Shown: piece after piece, positions 1 to 9,435 of the stretch
How positions within the stretch are numbered: position 1 is the stretch's first letter
Layout of the letters: every line of letters starts with the position of its first letter
Assembly (NCBI GenBank): GCA_036399275.1
Contig: DASWNK010000015.1
Coordinates: 7,963-71,962, forward strand
Direction of reading: 5' to 3'
Source: Bacteroidia bacterium
GTDB taxonomy: Bacteria; Bacteroidota; Bacteroidia; 2-12-FULL-35-15
Length of the DNA stretch: 64,000 nucleotides
The notes under the pieces: model-generated
Database searches by the model: none
Seen by the model: only the letters and a program-made list of their open reading frames with translations
What the model was told of the DNA's origin: nothing
Position numbers and translations under genes: made by a program

Positions 1-2
1 CG

Positions 3-245
3 CCCTTTATAGTTCACTGGATTCTTCCCCTTCGATCGAACCTTGATCCTGAATCTCCCGCCTTCACTGCAGCCCTCCGCGATTGCAACAGCGCGATCGA
101 ACAGGACCCTTCTTGCGCGTATGCATATTTTATTCGCGGACAGATCCTTCGACTCGCCAGTATTGAGGGCTTCTGCTCCGATTTTGAGAAAGCGCGCCAG
201 TTGGGATTCGTGGTTGACAAACCTGTTTTGAAGGGATGTAAGTAA
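3..245 (+). CDS. C-terminal part of a TPR-repeat protein (5' truncated by window edge)
   Basis: Not in the ORF track. Frame 3 is open from 3 to TAA at 243-245 and reads ...ALRDCNSAIEQDPSCAYAYFIRGQILRLASIEGFCSDFEKARQLG...KGCK, a TPR helix pair plus the typical 'CxDFxKAxxLG' end. Confidence 0.75.
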   Translation, partial: PFIVHWILPLRSNLDPESPAFTAALRDCNSAIEQDPSCAYAYFIRGQILRLASIEGFCSDFEKARQLGFVVDKPVLKGCK

Positions 246-253
246 ATGCTCTG

Positions 254-1411
254 TTAAACCTTATCCAGAGCCTGTCTCAGATCCTCAATCAGCAGATCAG
301 CATCTTCCAAACCGATATATAACCGAACCATGTTCCAGGGCAATGGGTTTTCGAAACTTTTACTTGCTGCTAAGGCGCAAAGCGGGAAAATAAGCGACTC
401 ATAACCTCCCCAGGAAGTGGCCATCACAAAGCGTTTCAACGAATCACAGAAGCGCTCCACGCCTGTTTCATCCTTTGCATCAATGGCAATGGAAAGCAAG
501 CCGCCACCCTGTTTCATTTGCTTTTTAGCAAGAGCCAGTTGTGGGTTCCTGCTTGAGAACGGATAGTTTAATTGTTTTATTTTAGGAAGATTTTCGAGAA
601 AATCAGACACTTTTTTGGCACTTGTAGCACTTTGGTTCACCCGAAGCTCAATTGTTCTTAAACCTCGTAAAACGAGGGCGGCGTCCTGAGGAGAAATACA
701 GCTTCCGATGGTCATGTATTCTTCTGCCATCATTTTCATGATTCGTTCACGGCTTCCGCAAACAACGCCACAGATCACATCGCTATGTCCGTTTATGTAC
801 TTGGACCCAGAATGTAACACCAGGTCAATTCCCATGAAGGCAGGGTTTTGGTTGATGGGCGAATTATAGCTGTTATCAATGATTGTAACGATATTTTTGC
901 TTTTGGCCAGCTCCGCGATCGCCTCAATGTTTTGCATCTCAAACGTTAATGAATTCGGGCTCTCCAGATAGATCAACCGCGTGTTTGGCTGTATTGCCTT
1001 TTCAAATCCCTCTGCCTCTCCCCCACTCACAAACGTGCATGTCACTCCGTATTTTGAGAGATATTTCGACAGTAAATTGTTTGTCCAGCTGTACGGTTTT
1101 TGCACACAAACCACATGATCGCCTCCCTTTACAACACTCATGACCGCTGCAGACACAGCCGCGCTACCACTCGAAAAAACAAGCGCGTCTTCGGTTTTTT
1201 CCAAGGCTGCCAGTTTCTTTCTAAGCATTGCTACTGTTGGGTTATAGCCTCTTGTATAAAACGGGGTTTCAAGCTCGCGTGTTAGTTTCTCCCGCATTTC
1301 GGCCACCGTTTTGAAGCAAAAATTAGTCGTCTGAAATATCGGCGGAGCCACTGAACCGTAGTACTCATCGCGTTCTTCGCCAAGATGGTTAAGGATAAAA
1401 GAGGTGTCCAT
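254..1411 (-). CDS. Cys/Met metabolism PLP-dependent enzyme (cystathionine gamma-synthase/beta-lyase family)
   Basis: YTRGYNPT, FSSGSAA, ESPNS, DNSY and the PLP lysine motif HSGSKYINGHSD; SWGGYESL; RLYIGLED. Confidence 0.92.
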   Translation of the reverse strand: MDTSFILNHLGEERDEYYGSVAPPIFQTTNFCFKTVAEMREKLTRELETPFYTRGYNPTVAMLRKKLAALEKTEDALVFSSGSAAVSAAVMSVVKGGDHVVCVQKPYSWTNNLLSKYLSKYGVTCTFVSGGEAEGFEKAIQPNTRLIYLESPNSLTFEMQNIEAIAELAKSKNIVTIIDNSYNSPINQNPAFMGIDLVLHSGSKYINGHSDVICGVVCGSRERIMKMMAEEYMTIGSCISPQDAALVLRGLRTIELRVNQSATSAKKVSDFLENLPKIKQLNYPFSSRNPQLALAKKQMKQGGGLLSIAIDAKDETGVERFCDSLKRFVMATSWGGYESLIFPLCALAASKSFENPLPWNMVRLYIGLEDADLLIEDLRQALDKV

Positions 1412-1444
1412 AAGTTTGAAAAGGTGTTAAAAAATTTATTAAAA

Positions 1445-1813
1445 TCATTTCCTGAAAATAAAAAACACGGCCAGCACAAGAAAAACAAAGCCAACAAGGT
1501 GGTTCCACTTCAATGTCTCGTTTTTAAAAAAGAGCAAGGTGAAGCCAATAAAAACAACCAAGGTAATCACTTCCTGAATTACTTTTAACTCCACTAAACT
1601 GAAAGGCCCGCCGTTTTCCTTGTATCCAATGCGGTTTGCCGGCACCTGAAAAAAATATTCGAACAGCGCAATTCCCCAGCTAAGCAATACGACAGCAATG
1701 AAACCAAGGTTCTCAAACCATTTCATTTCTTTGAACTTCAAATGCCCGTACCAAGCGAAGGTCATAAACGTGTTGGAAAGAACCAGTAAAACAATTGTCG
1801 AAAAACCCTTCAT
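1445..1813 (-). CDS. DMT-family small membrane protein (DUF486-like)
   Basis: SNTFMTFAWYGHLK, SWGIALFEYFFQVPANRIG, LKVIQEVITL; four TM segments. Start moved to the ATG at 1813. Confidence 0.88.
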   Translation of the reverse strand: MKGFSTIVLLVLSNTFMTFAWYGHLKFKEMKWFENLGFIAVVLLSWGIALFEYFFQVPANRIGYKENGGPFSLVELKVIQEVITLVVFIGFTLLFFKNETLKWNHLVGFVFLVLAVFFIFRK

Positions 1814-2420
1814 TCGTTGTTTTTTATTTCCCAAAAGTAAGAAAGGTTTTTTTCTTGCTGTGAAGGAATTTTAGCCATCGACGTTTTCACGAACAAAAAA
1901 GCCTGAACGATTTTGCAAAATGCGGCTGAATTTTACAAAAAAGGCGCTGAAGCACCGTGAATAAAGGGCTACAAAGGGGCCTGTTTTTAGGCGATTTAAA
2001 CGCGTTTCTACCCGCCAGCAATGCCACAACACCACAGCGGGCCGCCAACCCCTTCATGCGCCCAATTCGGCTCCGACGCGTTCGTTTTCATCAATTCGGG
2101 CTGTTTTCTCAGCTTTTGAGATGCAAAGCGGAAGATCTTATTGGCATAGAGTTTCGACCCCACAAATTTAAAAAGGAATACACTGTGAAGATAAGAGCAA
2201 TTAACCTGGAAGTTATTGTCGCATTTCTAGAAAACCGAAAAGTAAATTCTAGGAAAAAGAAGTTAAAATGTTGTAGTATTGGTTGACTGGAAAATTAAAA
2301 ACGGAAACTTGAGGACTGTTTCAATTACAGCGAAATTTTAACCTAAACGAAAGAAACCTCCCTGCAATTTTTTGAATACCAGAAAAGAAAGGTTAAAACA
2401 AGAAAAAAGTTTAGGGTAAT

Positions 2421-3302
2421 TTACCTGCGAATGATGTAAATTTGGCTGGAATATGTCTTGCCGGATTTCAGGGCAGATAGGTTTGATTTGAATCCGTTCC
2501 ACGTGGAACCTAAAATATTTGTTCTCCCTGTTTTAATCTTTTCGCTAAGCATGGAGACATAGAACGAATCAAAAACCATCGGCAAAACAGAATGTACTTT
2601 CAAGCCGTGATTTTTGAAGAGAAGCTCAATATCGCTGGGGGTAAAATGATACAAATGCCTTGGAACATCATAGGCGGCCCAGTGCTCTTTATACTTCTTT
2701 GCATCAAGGGAGTTACAATTAGGAACGGCAATAATTATAGTCCCATTGGGTTTAATCAAACGCTTCAAATCCTCCACTCTCTCGTTCAGTCTTGGAACGT
2801 GTTCCAGTACATGCCACATCGAAATGATGTCGAAGGTCTGAGGCTCAAGATTCGTTAATTCAGCTTCCTCTCTCACATCTAAACCGTAGTTATCCTTTGC
2901 CATTTTCCGTGCGTCGGGATCCGGCTCGATTCCGAGCGTACTCCATTTTGCATTCTTGCATGTGTTCAGAAATTCGCCTGTTCCACATCCTATATCTAAG
3001 ATGTTTCCAGTCCTATAAAACTTGGAGATGAGTTGAAGCTTCTTTAGTAGAGTGTATTTACGAACGTATTGATAGGTTGAGTTAATAAATCCTTTTTTAG
3101 TGTTTGAATGAGAAACGTAATCTTCCGATTTATAATATCTCCCTAGATCGTTCTCCTCCGGCCGTGGATTTGTAAACTTAAAACCACAAGAATTACAGGC
3201 AACGATTTGGAATGTTTCACGTGAAACAGTATGGTCAACGCAAGCCAAAAACGGAGACAATTGATCTGAATTACAGATGGGGCAATCTTTAAGTTTTTCC
3301 AT
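2421..3302 (-). CDS. Class I SAM-dependent methyltransferase with N-terminal Cys4 zinc-ribbon
   Basis: CPIC...CNSC, ILDIGCGTG, FDIISMWHVLEH, DVPRHL. Likely start is the ATG at 3302 (MEKLKDCPIC); the longer ORF-track start reads through a parS site. Confidence 0.9.
   Translation of the reverse strand: MEKLKDCPICNSDQLSPFLACVDHTVSRETFQIVACNSCGFKFTNPRPEENDLGRYYKSEDYVSHSNTKKGFINSTYQYVRKYTLLKKLQLISKFYRTGNILDIGCGTGEFLNTCKNAKWSTLGIEPDPDARKMAKDNYGLDVREEAELTNLEPQTFDIISMWHVLEHVPRLNERVEDLKRLIKPNGTIIIAVPNCNSLDAKKYKEHWAAYDVPRHLYHFTPSDIELLFKNHGLKVHSVLPMVFDSFYVSMLSEKIKTGRTNILGSTWNGFKSNLSALKSGKTYSSQIYIIRR
2495..2510. promoter_or_regulatory. parS site 1 (inside methyltransferase CDS)
   Basis: cGTTCCACGTGGAACc, a perfect 14-bp palindrome matching the parS consensus TGTT(T/C)CACGTG(A/G)AACA. 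Confidence 0.8.
3213..3228. promoter_or_regulatory. parS site 2 (perfect consensus, inside methyltransferase CDS)
   Basis: TGTTTCACGTGAAACA; encodes VSRET in frame. Confidence 0.92.
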
Positions 3303-3312
3303 AAGATTATCT

Positions 3313-3328
3313 TGTTCCACGTGGAACC
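3313..3328. promoter_or_regulatory. parS site 3
   Basis: TGTTCCACGTGGAACC, intergenic, touching the stop codon of ORF 3328-3702. Confidence 0.85.
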
Positions 3329-3702
3329 TAAGCACTCTTTATATATTCTGAAATGAATTCAGCGTATTCATTATAGTATTTATCTTTATCTAATTTAGTA
3401 TAAATGAAGAAGGATACTTGACCTATAGGTGCATTTGGCGGAGCATGTTTTTTGACCAAATTTTGGTAAATTGTTGTCTTAACATTCGATCCATTTTTTG
3501 ACAAAAACAACACTGGCCTGTGTCCATCATTCCACAAAAAATCAAACTGAACGTTTCCCTTTTCGTATTTAATATGTCGTTCTGAGTTGGAAAAGAATCG
3601 ACTTTTCTTATACTGATTTTCCAGCAAAAGAGGGTCAAAGGTCTCTTCTATGTCTTTTGCGGTACTGCTAATTTTAAAAAATATTTTTTGAAGTATGGAC
3701 AT
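3328..3702 (-). CDS. Hypothetical protein (124 aa) bracketed by parS sites
   Basis: Open frame co-oriented with mnmG and the methyltransferase, filling the gap; no recognisable motif. Confidence 0.65.
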   Translation of the reverse strand: MSILQKIFFKISSTAKDIEETFDPLLLENQYKKSRFFSNSERHIKYEKGNVQFDFLWNDGHRPVLFLSKNGSNVKTTIYQNLVKKHAPPNAPIGQVSFFIYTKLDKDKYYNEYAEFISEYIKSA

Positions 3703-3717
3703 GTTTCACGTGGAACA
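3702..3717. promoter_or_regulatory. parS site 4
   Basis: TGTTTCACGTGGAACA, touching the ATG of ORF 3328-3702. Confidence 0.88.
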
Positions 3718-3757
3718 ACTCGTTCTTTAATTCTCCTAATAATAGTTCCGCGTAGAA

Positions 3758-5662
3758 CTATCGGCCTAAATATATCATTAATACCGATATATCCGAAGGA
3801 GTGATTCCAGATATACGGGATGCTTGTCCGATCGTTCTCGGTTTTACTTTTGTAAGTTTCTCGCGCGCCTCTGCGGATAAAGAGGTTAATCTCTTGTAGT
3901 CAAAATCATCATGTAATATTAGATCTTCTAATCTTGTTTGCTTATCTGCCAATTCGTGCTCCCTAGAAATGTAGCCTTCGTATTTCATTAGAATTTCTGC
4001 TTGTTCTATACTCTCCAAGTCATAATTCGAAATGAACTCTTTTACCTTCGGAGATGCTAAAGCAAAGTCCAAAAGTGTAATTGTCGGTCTTGTTAATACC
4101 CCAAACATTTTAACTTTTTGGTTCGTTGGAGCGGATCCGATTGTTTCTAAAACCGGATTAATTTCTGAGGGATCTATGCTCTCCTTTTTAAAATAAGAAA
4201 TAATTTCCTGGGTGTTTTTTATCTTTTGATTTACCCTTTCCAAGCGTTCTTTTTTAGCTAATCCCAATTCAAATGATTTAGGAGTTAAGCGAATGTCGGC
4301 ATTATCCTGGCGCAATAAAATTCTATATTCTGCCCTGGAAGTAAACATCCTATAGGGTTCTTCCGTGCCTTTTGTAACCAAGTCGTCGATTAAAACTCCG
4401 ATGTATGCTTCTGAACGTTGAAGAATAAATGGTTCTCTTTTATTAACTTTTAAGTGGGCATTTATACCTGCCATTAATCCCTGGCAAGCAGCTTCTTCAT
4501 AACCTGTAGTTCCGTTAATTTGTCCGGCAAAATATAAATTATCAATAAGCTTCGTTTCTAATGTAAGCTCCAATTGCTGCGGGGGAAAATAATCGTACTC
4601 AATCGCATATCCCGGACGGAACATTTTTACGTTTTCAAAACCCGGAATTTTTTTCAATGCTTTATATTGAACGTCTTCAGGAAGAGAAGTAGAGAATCCA
4701 TTAACGTAAATTTCTACTGTATTCCAACCTTCCGGTTCTACAAATATCTGATGTCTATCTCGCTCCGCAAAACGTGTAATTTTATCTTCGATGCTTGGAC
4801 AATATCTTGGTCCTAATCCTTGAATTCGCCCCGAAAACATCGGTGATTTTTCGAACCCTGTACGAAGGATATCGTGAACATCTTCATTGGTGTAGGTTAC
4901 AAAACAGGGAATCTGTCCTTCAGGTCCGTTTATAAAAGCATCCTTTCGTTCTACTTTAAAACCAAACTGATCAACATCCAAGTAAGAGAATTTATTAGGA
5001 TTTTCGTCTCCGTGCTGCACTTCCATTTTAGAATAATCCAGGGAACGACCGTCCACTCGAGGAGGGGTTCCGGTTTTCATTCTGCCTGCTTCAAATCCTA
5101 ATTGTACTAATTGTTCGGTAATTCCTGTCGATGCTTTTTCACCTGCACGACCGCCGCCATATTGTTTTTCACCCAGGTGAATCAATCCATTTAAAAAAGT
5201 CCCATTAGTTAATACTACTGATTTAGCTCTTATTTCAATATCCATTCCGGTGATTACACCGCAAACTTTATTGTTTTCCACAATCAGTGACTTTACCATA
5301 TCCTGCCAAAAATCAAGATTCGGTGTTGCTTCCAACATTAGTCTCCATTCTTCAGCGAATTTCCAACGGTCGCTTTGAGCTCTCGGACTCCACATAGCAG
5401 GCCCTTTTGAACGGTTTAACATTCTAAACTGAACAGCTGTTCTATCGGTAACAATTCCTGAATATCCTCCAAGAGCATCTATTTCACGAACGATTTGTCC
5501 CTTTGCAATTCCGCCCATAGCCGGATTACAGCTCATCTGAGCGATTGTTTGCATGTTCATGGTGATCAATAGGGTAGAGGAACCCATATTGGCAGCAGCA
5601 GCAGCAGCCTCACATCCGGCATGACCGGCACCAACCACTATAACATCATATTCTTTAAACAT
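3758..5662 (-). CDS. mnmG: tRNA uridine-5-carboxymethylaminomethyl(34) synthesis enzyme MnmG (GidA)
   Basis: YDVIVVGAGHAGCEAA, MSCNPAMGG, GPRYCPSIEDK, FAGQINGTTGYEEAA, ASRISGITPSDI. Confidence 0.98.
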   Translation of the reverse strand: MFKEYDVIVVGAGHAGCEAAAAAANMGSSTLLITMNMQTIAQMSCNPAMGGIAKGQIVREIDALGGYSGIVTDRTAVQFRMLNRSKGPAMWSPRAQSDRWKFAEEWRLMLEATPNLDFWQDMVKSLIVENNKVCGVITGMDIEIRAKSVVLTNGTFLNGLIHLGEKQYGGGRAGEKASTGITEQLVQLGFEAGRMKTGTPPRVDGRSLDYSKMEVQHGDENPNKFSYLDVDQFGFKVERKDAFINGPEGQIPCFVTYTNEDVHDILRTGFEKSPMFSGRIQGLGPRYCPSIEDKITRFAERDRHQIFVEPEGWNTVEIYVNGFSTSLPEDVQYKALKKIPGFENVKMFRPGYAIEYDYFPPQQLELTLETKLIDNLYFAGQINGTTGYEEAACQGLMAGINAHLKVNKREPFILQRSEAYIGVLIDDLVTKGTEEPYRMFTSRAEYRILLRQDNADIRLTPKSFELGLAKKERLERVNQKIKNTQEIISYFKKESIDPSEINPVLETIGSAPTNQKVKMFGVLTRPTITLLDFALASPKVKEFISNYDLESIEQAEILMKYEGYISREHELADKQTRLEDLILHDDFDYKRLTSLSAEAREKLTKVKPRTIGQASRISGITPSDISVLMIYLGR

Positions 5663-5705
5663 TTTTCTATTATATATTCTATTGGCATCTGCCCTAAAAA
5701 GTTTG

Positions 5706-5713
5706 CAAAAATA
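5706..5713 (-). promoter_or_regulatory. Bacteroidota primary-sigma -7 element for mnmG
   Basis: TATTTTTG on the minus strand (TAnnTTTG consensus). Equivalent motifs occur at 1832-1839(-), 6987-6994(-), 13153-13160(-), 14541-14548(+), 39478-39485(-), 51099-51106(+) and 62235-62242(+). Confidence 0.6.
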
Positions 5714-5779
5714 CAGCTTTTTAAACTATTTATTCTATTATTCTTATATAACTATTTGATTAACAAATAATTATATTTA

Positions 5780-6766
5780 TTAAAGTCCAAATTGAGCAGA
5801 TAGTTCGAGCATTTTAATAATTGGTTTCTTCGCTTTTTCAATCAATTCTGCTGATAATATAATCTCCGGTTGTTCGTATTTAAGGCAATTATAGAGCTTC
5901 TCCAGCGTGTTTAACTTCATGTGAGGACAATCGTTGCATGCACAGGAATTATTCGGTGGTGCGGGTATAAAGCTCTTATTCGGATTTGCTTTTTGCATCT
6001 GATGAATAATCCCGGATTCAGTAGCTACAATAAATTCTTTGGCTGACGATTTTCCGGCATAATTCAATATCCCTGTTGTGCTTCCAATGTAATCTGCTAT
6101 ATCGAGCAAATTTGCTTCACATTCAGGATGAGCTAACAGTAATGCATCCGGGTGCTGATTTTTTAATTTTACTATTTTTTCCAAAGAAAAAATTTCGTGA
6201 ACCATGCAGGCACCATCCCACAAAACCATATCTCTCCCTGTCTTCTTTTTGATATAGGCACCTAAATTTTTATCGGGTGCAAATATTATTTTCTGATCTT
6301 TCGGTAAGCTCTCAACGATCTGCACGGCATTGGTTGAAGTACACACAATGTCCGTTAAGGTTTTAAGATCTGCAGTGCAATTGATGTATGAAATCACCAA
6401 ATGATCAGGGTGTAACTTTTTGAATTCAGCAAACCTATCTGCGGGACACGAATCGGCTAATGAACAACCGGCACGAAGATCGGGCAATAAAACTTTTTTG
6501 GTTGGCGAAAGAATTTTTGCAGTCTCCGCCATGAAGTGAACTCCGGCAAAAACGATAATGTCGGCCTTTGTTTTCGCGGCTTCCTGAGATAATCCCAAAC
6601 TATCTCCGATGTAATCGGCAATGTCCTGAATATCGGCGTCCTGGTAGTAATGGGCAAGAATGATCGCATTTTTTTCTTTTTTTAACTTTTTAATTTCAGC
6701 GAACAAATCTAGTGATAAATCAATCGGAACATCAAGAAAACCTTTTGTGAGCAAATCGCTTCCCAT
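5780..6766 (-). CDS. nadA: Quinolinate synthase NadA
   Basis: [56 protein letters not shown]. Confidence 0.97.
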   Translation of the reverse strand: MGSDLLTKGFLDVPIDLSLDLFAEIKKLKKEKNAIILAHYYQDADIQDIADYIGDSLGLSQEAAKTKADIIVFAGVHFMAETAKILSPTKKVLLPDLRAGCSLADSCPADRFAEFKKLHPDHLVISYINCTADLKTLTDIVCTSTNAVQIVESLPKDQKIIFAPDKNLGAYIKKKTGRDMVLWDGACMVHEIFSLEKIVKLKNQHPDALLLAHPECEANLLDIADYIGSTTGILNYAGKSSAKEFIVATESGIIHQMQKANPNKSFIPAPPNNSCACNDCPHMKLNTLEKLYNCLKYEQPEIILSAELIEKAKKPIIKMLELSAQFGL

Positions 6767-7388
6767 ATCAATAATATTATTTTTTATTTAAATATTTAAA
6801 AAAAATGTTGTTGTTGTTGGTCTGTTAGTTGAGTGTATAAAAAAGAAGTAAAAGTGTTGTATGGATGATATCTCAGACTTCATTAACAAATAATAAAAAG
6901 TTACAAGGAGATAACGTGCTGAACAGCAGAATTGTTTAAGTTTATTAACAGACTGTTAGTATAGTTATCATCTAATAACTTCTTTACAAAAGTACAGTTA
7001 ATTCTGTTATAAGATTGTTGGTTTTTAGCGGAAAGTTATGATAAGATTATGCTTGCCAATCCAAAAATTAACCTAAGCGGGATAATATCTGGACAAAGCA
7101 AGAAAAATCTTCCACACATTGTAGACAAAGGATATTCTTATCAACACAAATCGTGTTAATAAAAAGTTTTTTAGAGCGCTAGTTATCAAGCCTTTATTTT
7201 TGACCTTTACAAACGTGTTAATAAGGCGAAAAAGCTGTTAATTACGCTAGAACAAAAGAGAAAAATAATGTTAATCGGAGCATATGTAACAGGTCTTGAA
7301 CGTTATATAAAAAAATAAAAAACAAAACCTATTTGAGCAGATTAAAAAAGAGTGCCAAATTAAAAGAAAGCCACAAAACAATTTACAT
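6767..7388. other. Candidate chromosomal replication origin (oriC)
   Basis: AT-rich 620-bp gene-free spacer between divergent genes. DnaA-box-like TTATTAACA at 6942-6950, TTATCAACA at 7138-7146, and TGTTAATAA at 7154-7162 and 7216-7224, plus degenerate copies. Adjacent to mnmG and four parS sites; gene strand switches here. Confidence 0.7.
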
Positions 7389-7823
7389 ATGAAGATAGCA
7401 ATTGGCAGTGATCACGCTGCATTTCAGTTAAAAGAAAAATTAAAGCCATATTTACAATCGAAAGGGTATGAAATCAAGGACTTCGGCTGTTATTCGGAAG
7501 AACGCGCAGACTATCCGGACTTTGCTCATCCTGTGGCTAACAGCGTTGCAAGCGGAGAGTGTGATTTCGGCTTGTTAATGTGTGGTAGCGGCAATGGAAT
7601 AAACATGACAGCCAATAAACATAAAGGAATAAGGTCAGCCCTTTGTTGGAATGCAGAAATAGCAGAGCTTGCAAGGCAGCATAACGATGCTAATATCTTG
7701 ACTCTCCCAGCCAGATATATAACTGAAGAAGAAGCCAAAAAATGCATCGACAAGTTTTATGCAACAGCTTTTGAAGGAGGCCGTCACGCAGACCGGGTAA
7801 AAAAAATCCCACAAGACTGTTAG
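7389..7823 (+). CDS. rpiB: Ribose 5-phosphate isomerase B
   Basis: IAIGSDHAAF, DYPDFA, LMCGSGNG, ARQHNDANIL, FEGGRHADRV. Confidence 0.96.
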   Translation: MKIAIGSDHAAFQLKEKLKPYLQSKGYEIKDFGCYSEERADYPDFAHPVANSVASGECDFGLLMCGSGNGINMTANKHKGIRSALCWNAEIAELARQHNDANILTLPARYITEEEAKKCIDKFYATAFEGGRHADRVKKIPQDC

Positions 7824-7825
7824 AG

Positions 7826-9409
7826 ATGATTAAAAAAGGACTTTTTCTGGTGTTATTTCCCACTTTGCTTTTCTCACAGCCGGCTGCCAGGGTAGAAAAT
7901 TCTTCCAGGCTCGCTTCAGAAGAGAAGGACACTACGGCGATTCGTTATTCCAAAATAATAACAGCGGCAGATTTAAAAGGACATTTATCCATAATTGCTT
8001 CCGACAGCTATGAGGGTAGGGAAACCGGCAAAAAAGGTCAGAAAATGGCTGCCGACTATATTCAGTCTCATTTTAAGAGTTTTGGAATTCCGCCTTATAA
8101 AGACAGCTCTTATTATCAGGTTTATCCCCTGAACATGATCATGCCTGTTCCGGCTTCCTTGACGATCAATGATAAAAAATATACAGGGAACAAAGACTAC
8201 TATAATTTTCCGGGAATCAATGAGCAGAAGATCATCAGCCAGGAAGTGGTGTTTTTAGGATATGGTATTGATGATGGAAACTACAGTGATTATAAAGGAA
8301 CGGATGTGAAAGACAGGGTGCTGATGATTCTGGCAGGCGAGCCCTATTCAAAAGAAGGAAATTCGTTGATTACAGGAAAAAAAGAAGCCTCTTTATGGAG
8401 CAGCTATTATAAAGTGAAGTTGGAAAAAGCGCGTGAGAGCGGAGTACAGGCATTGCTGGTTGTTCTTGATGATATAACAAAAGGCCTGGAGGATAACAAG
8501 CACAAACTTGAATCTCCTTCTTTGAAGCTTGACCTCTTAAGACAAGAAATGCCCATTATTTATATTTCCAGGGAAATGGCTGATGAGATCCTGAAGAAAC
8601 AGACCGTTAAAAAACTATCTGAGAAAATTTCTAAGAGCGGGAAACCATTACGTAAAAAGGTGAAGACCACCTTGGTGATTGATATTAAAAACACGGTGCA
8701 GAAAATAGAAGCAGAGAATGTGCTGGGTTATCTGGAAGGTTCTGATTTGAAGGATGAACTAATCGTGATTACTGCACATTATGACCACCTGGGCATAGAA
8801 GGAGCTGTCGTTTTTAATGGTGCTGATGATGACGGATCGGGCACTGTTGCTGTGATGCAGTTAGCCCAAGCTTTTGCTCAAGCTAAAAAGGAGGGCCACG
8901 GGCCACGCAGAAGCATGCTCTTTATGGCTGTTTCCGGAGAAGAGAAAGGGCTTTTAGGATCTGCTTATTATAGCGAACATCCTGTGTTTCCTTTAAAAAA
9001 TACGGTATGCGATCTCAACATCGATATGATCGGCCGCCTGGACGAAAAGCACCAAAAAAACCCGGACTACATCTACCTGATCGGCTCTGATAAATTAAGT
9101 TCGGAATTACATAAGATCAGTGAAAAAGCGAATAAAACATATACGCAGCTTGATCTGGATTATACCTATAATGATGAGAAGGATAAAAACCGATATTATT
9201 ATCGGTCCGACCATTATAACTTTGCTAAAAAAGGGGTTCCCGTGATCTTTTATTTTAATGGTGTTCATGCCGATTATCATAAAGAAACAGACGAAGTAGA
9301 AAAAATAAATTTCGAAAAAATGGAAAAGATCACCCGGCTTGTATTCTTTACAGCCTGGGAGTTATCGAACAGAAATGAGAGGATTGCTGTGGATTCGAAA
9401 AAGAAATAA
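7826..9409 (+). CDS. M28 family metallopeptidase (PA insert), secreted
   Basis: Signal peptide; EGRETG, ITAHYDHLG, GADDDGSG, GEEKGLLGS, NIDMIGR, RSDHYNF, DYHKETD. Confidence 0.93.
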   Translation: MIKKGLFLVLFPTLLFSQPAARVENSSRLASEEKDTTAIRYSKIITAADLKGHLSIIASDSYEGRETGKKGQKMAADYIQSHFKSFGIPPYKDSSYYQVYPLNMIMPVPASLTINDKKYTGNKDYYNFPGINEQKIISQEVVFLGYGIDDGNYSDYKGTDVKDRVLMILAGEPYSKEGNSLITGKKEASLWSSYYKVKLEKARESGVQALLVVLDDITKGLEDNKHKLESPSLKLDLLRQEMPIIYISREMADEILKKQTVKKLSEKISKSGKPLRKKVKTTLVIDIKNTVQKIEAENVLGYLEGSDLKDELIVITAHYDHLGIEGAVVFNGADDDGSGTVAVMQLAQAFAQAKKEGHGPRRSMLFMAVSGEEKGLLGSAYYSEHPVFPLKNTVCDLNIDMIGRLDEKHQKNPDYIYLIGSDKLSSELHKISEKANKTYTQLDLDYTYNDEKDKNRYYYRSDHYNFAKKGVPVIFYFNGVHADYHKETDEVEKINFEKMEKITRLVFFTAWELSNRNERIAVDSKKK

Positions 9410-9435
9410 TCAACCAAAAGAGGGTTAAATAAGAT

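Noticed and set aside
14-231. ORF-track ORFs 14-220(-) and 43-231(+)
   Set aside because: Shadows of the TPR-like frame 3..245, which has far more protein-like content.
1957-2286. 109-aa + strand ORF
   Set aside because: No motif, atypical composition, and opposite to the local gene orientation.
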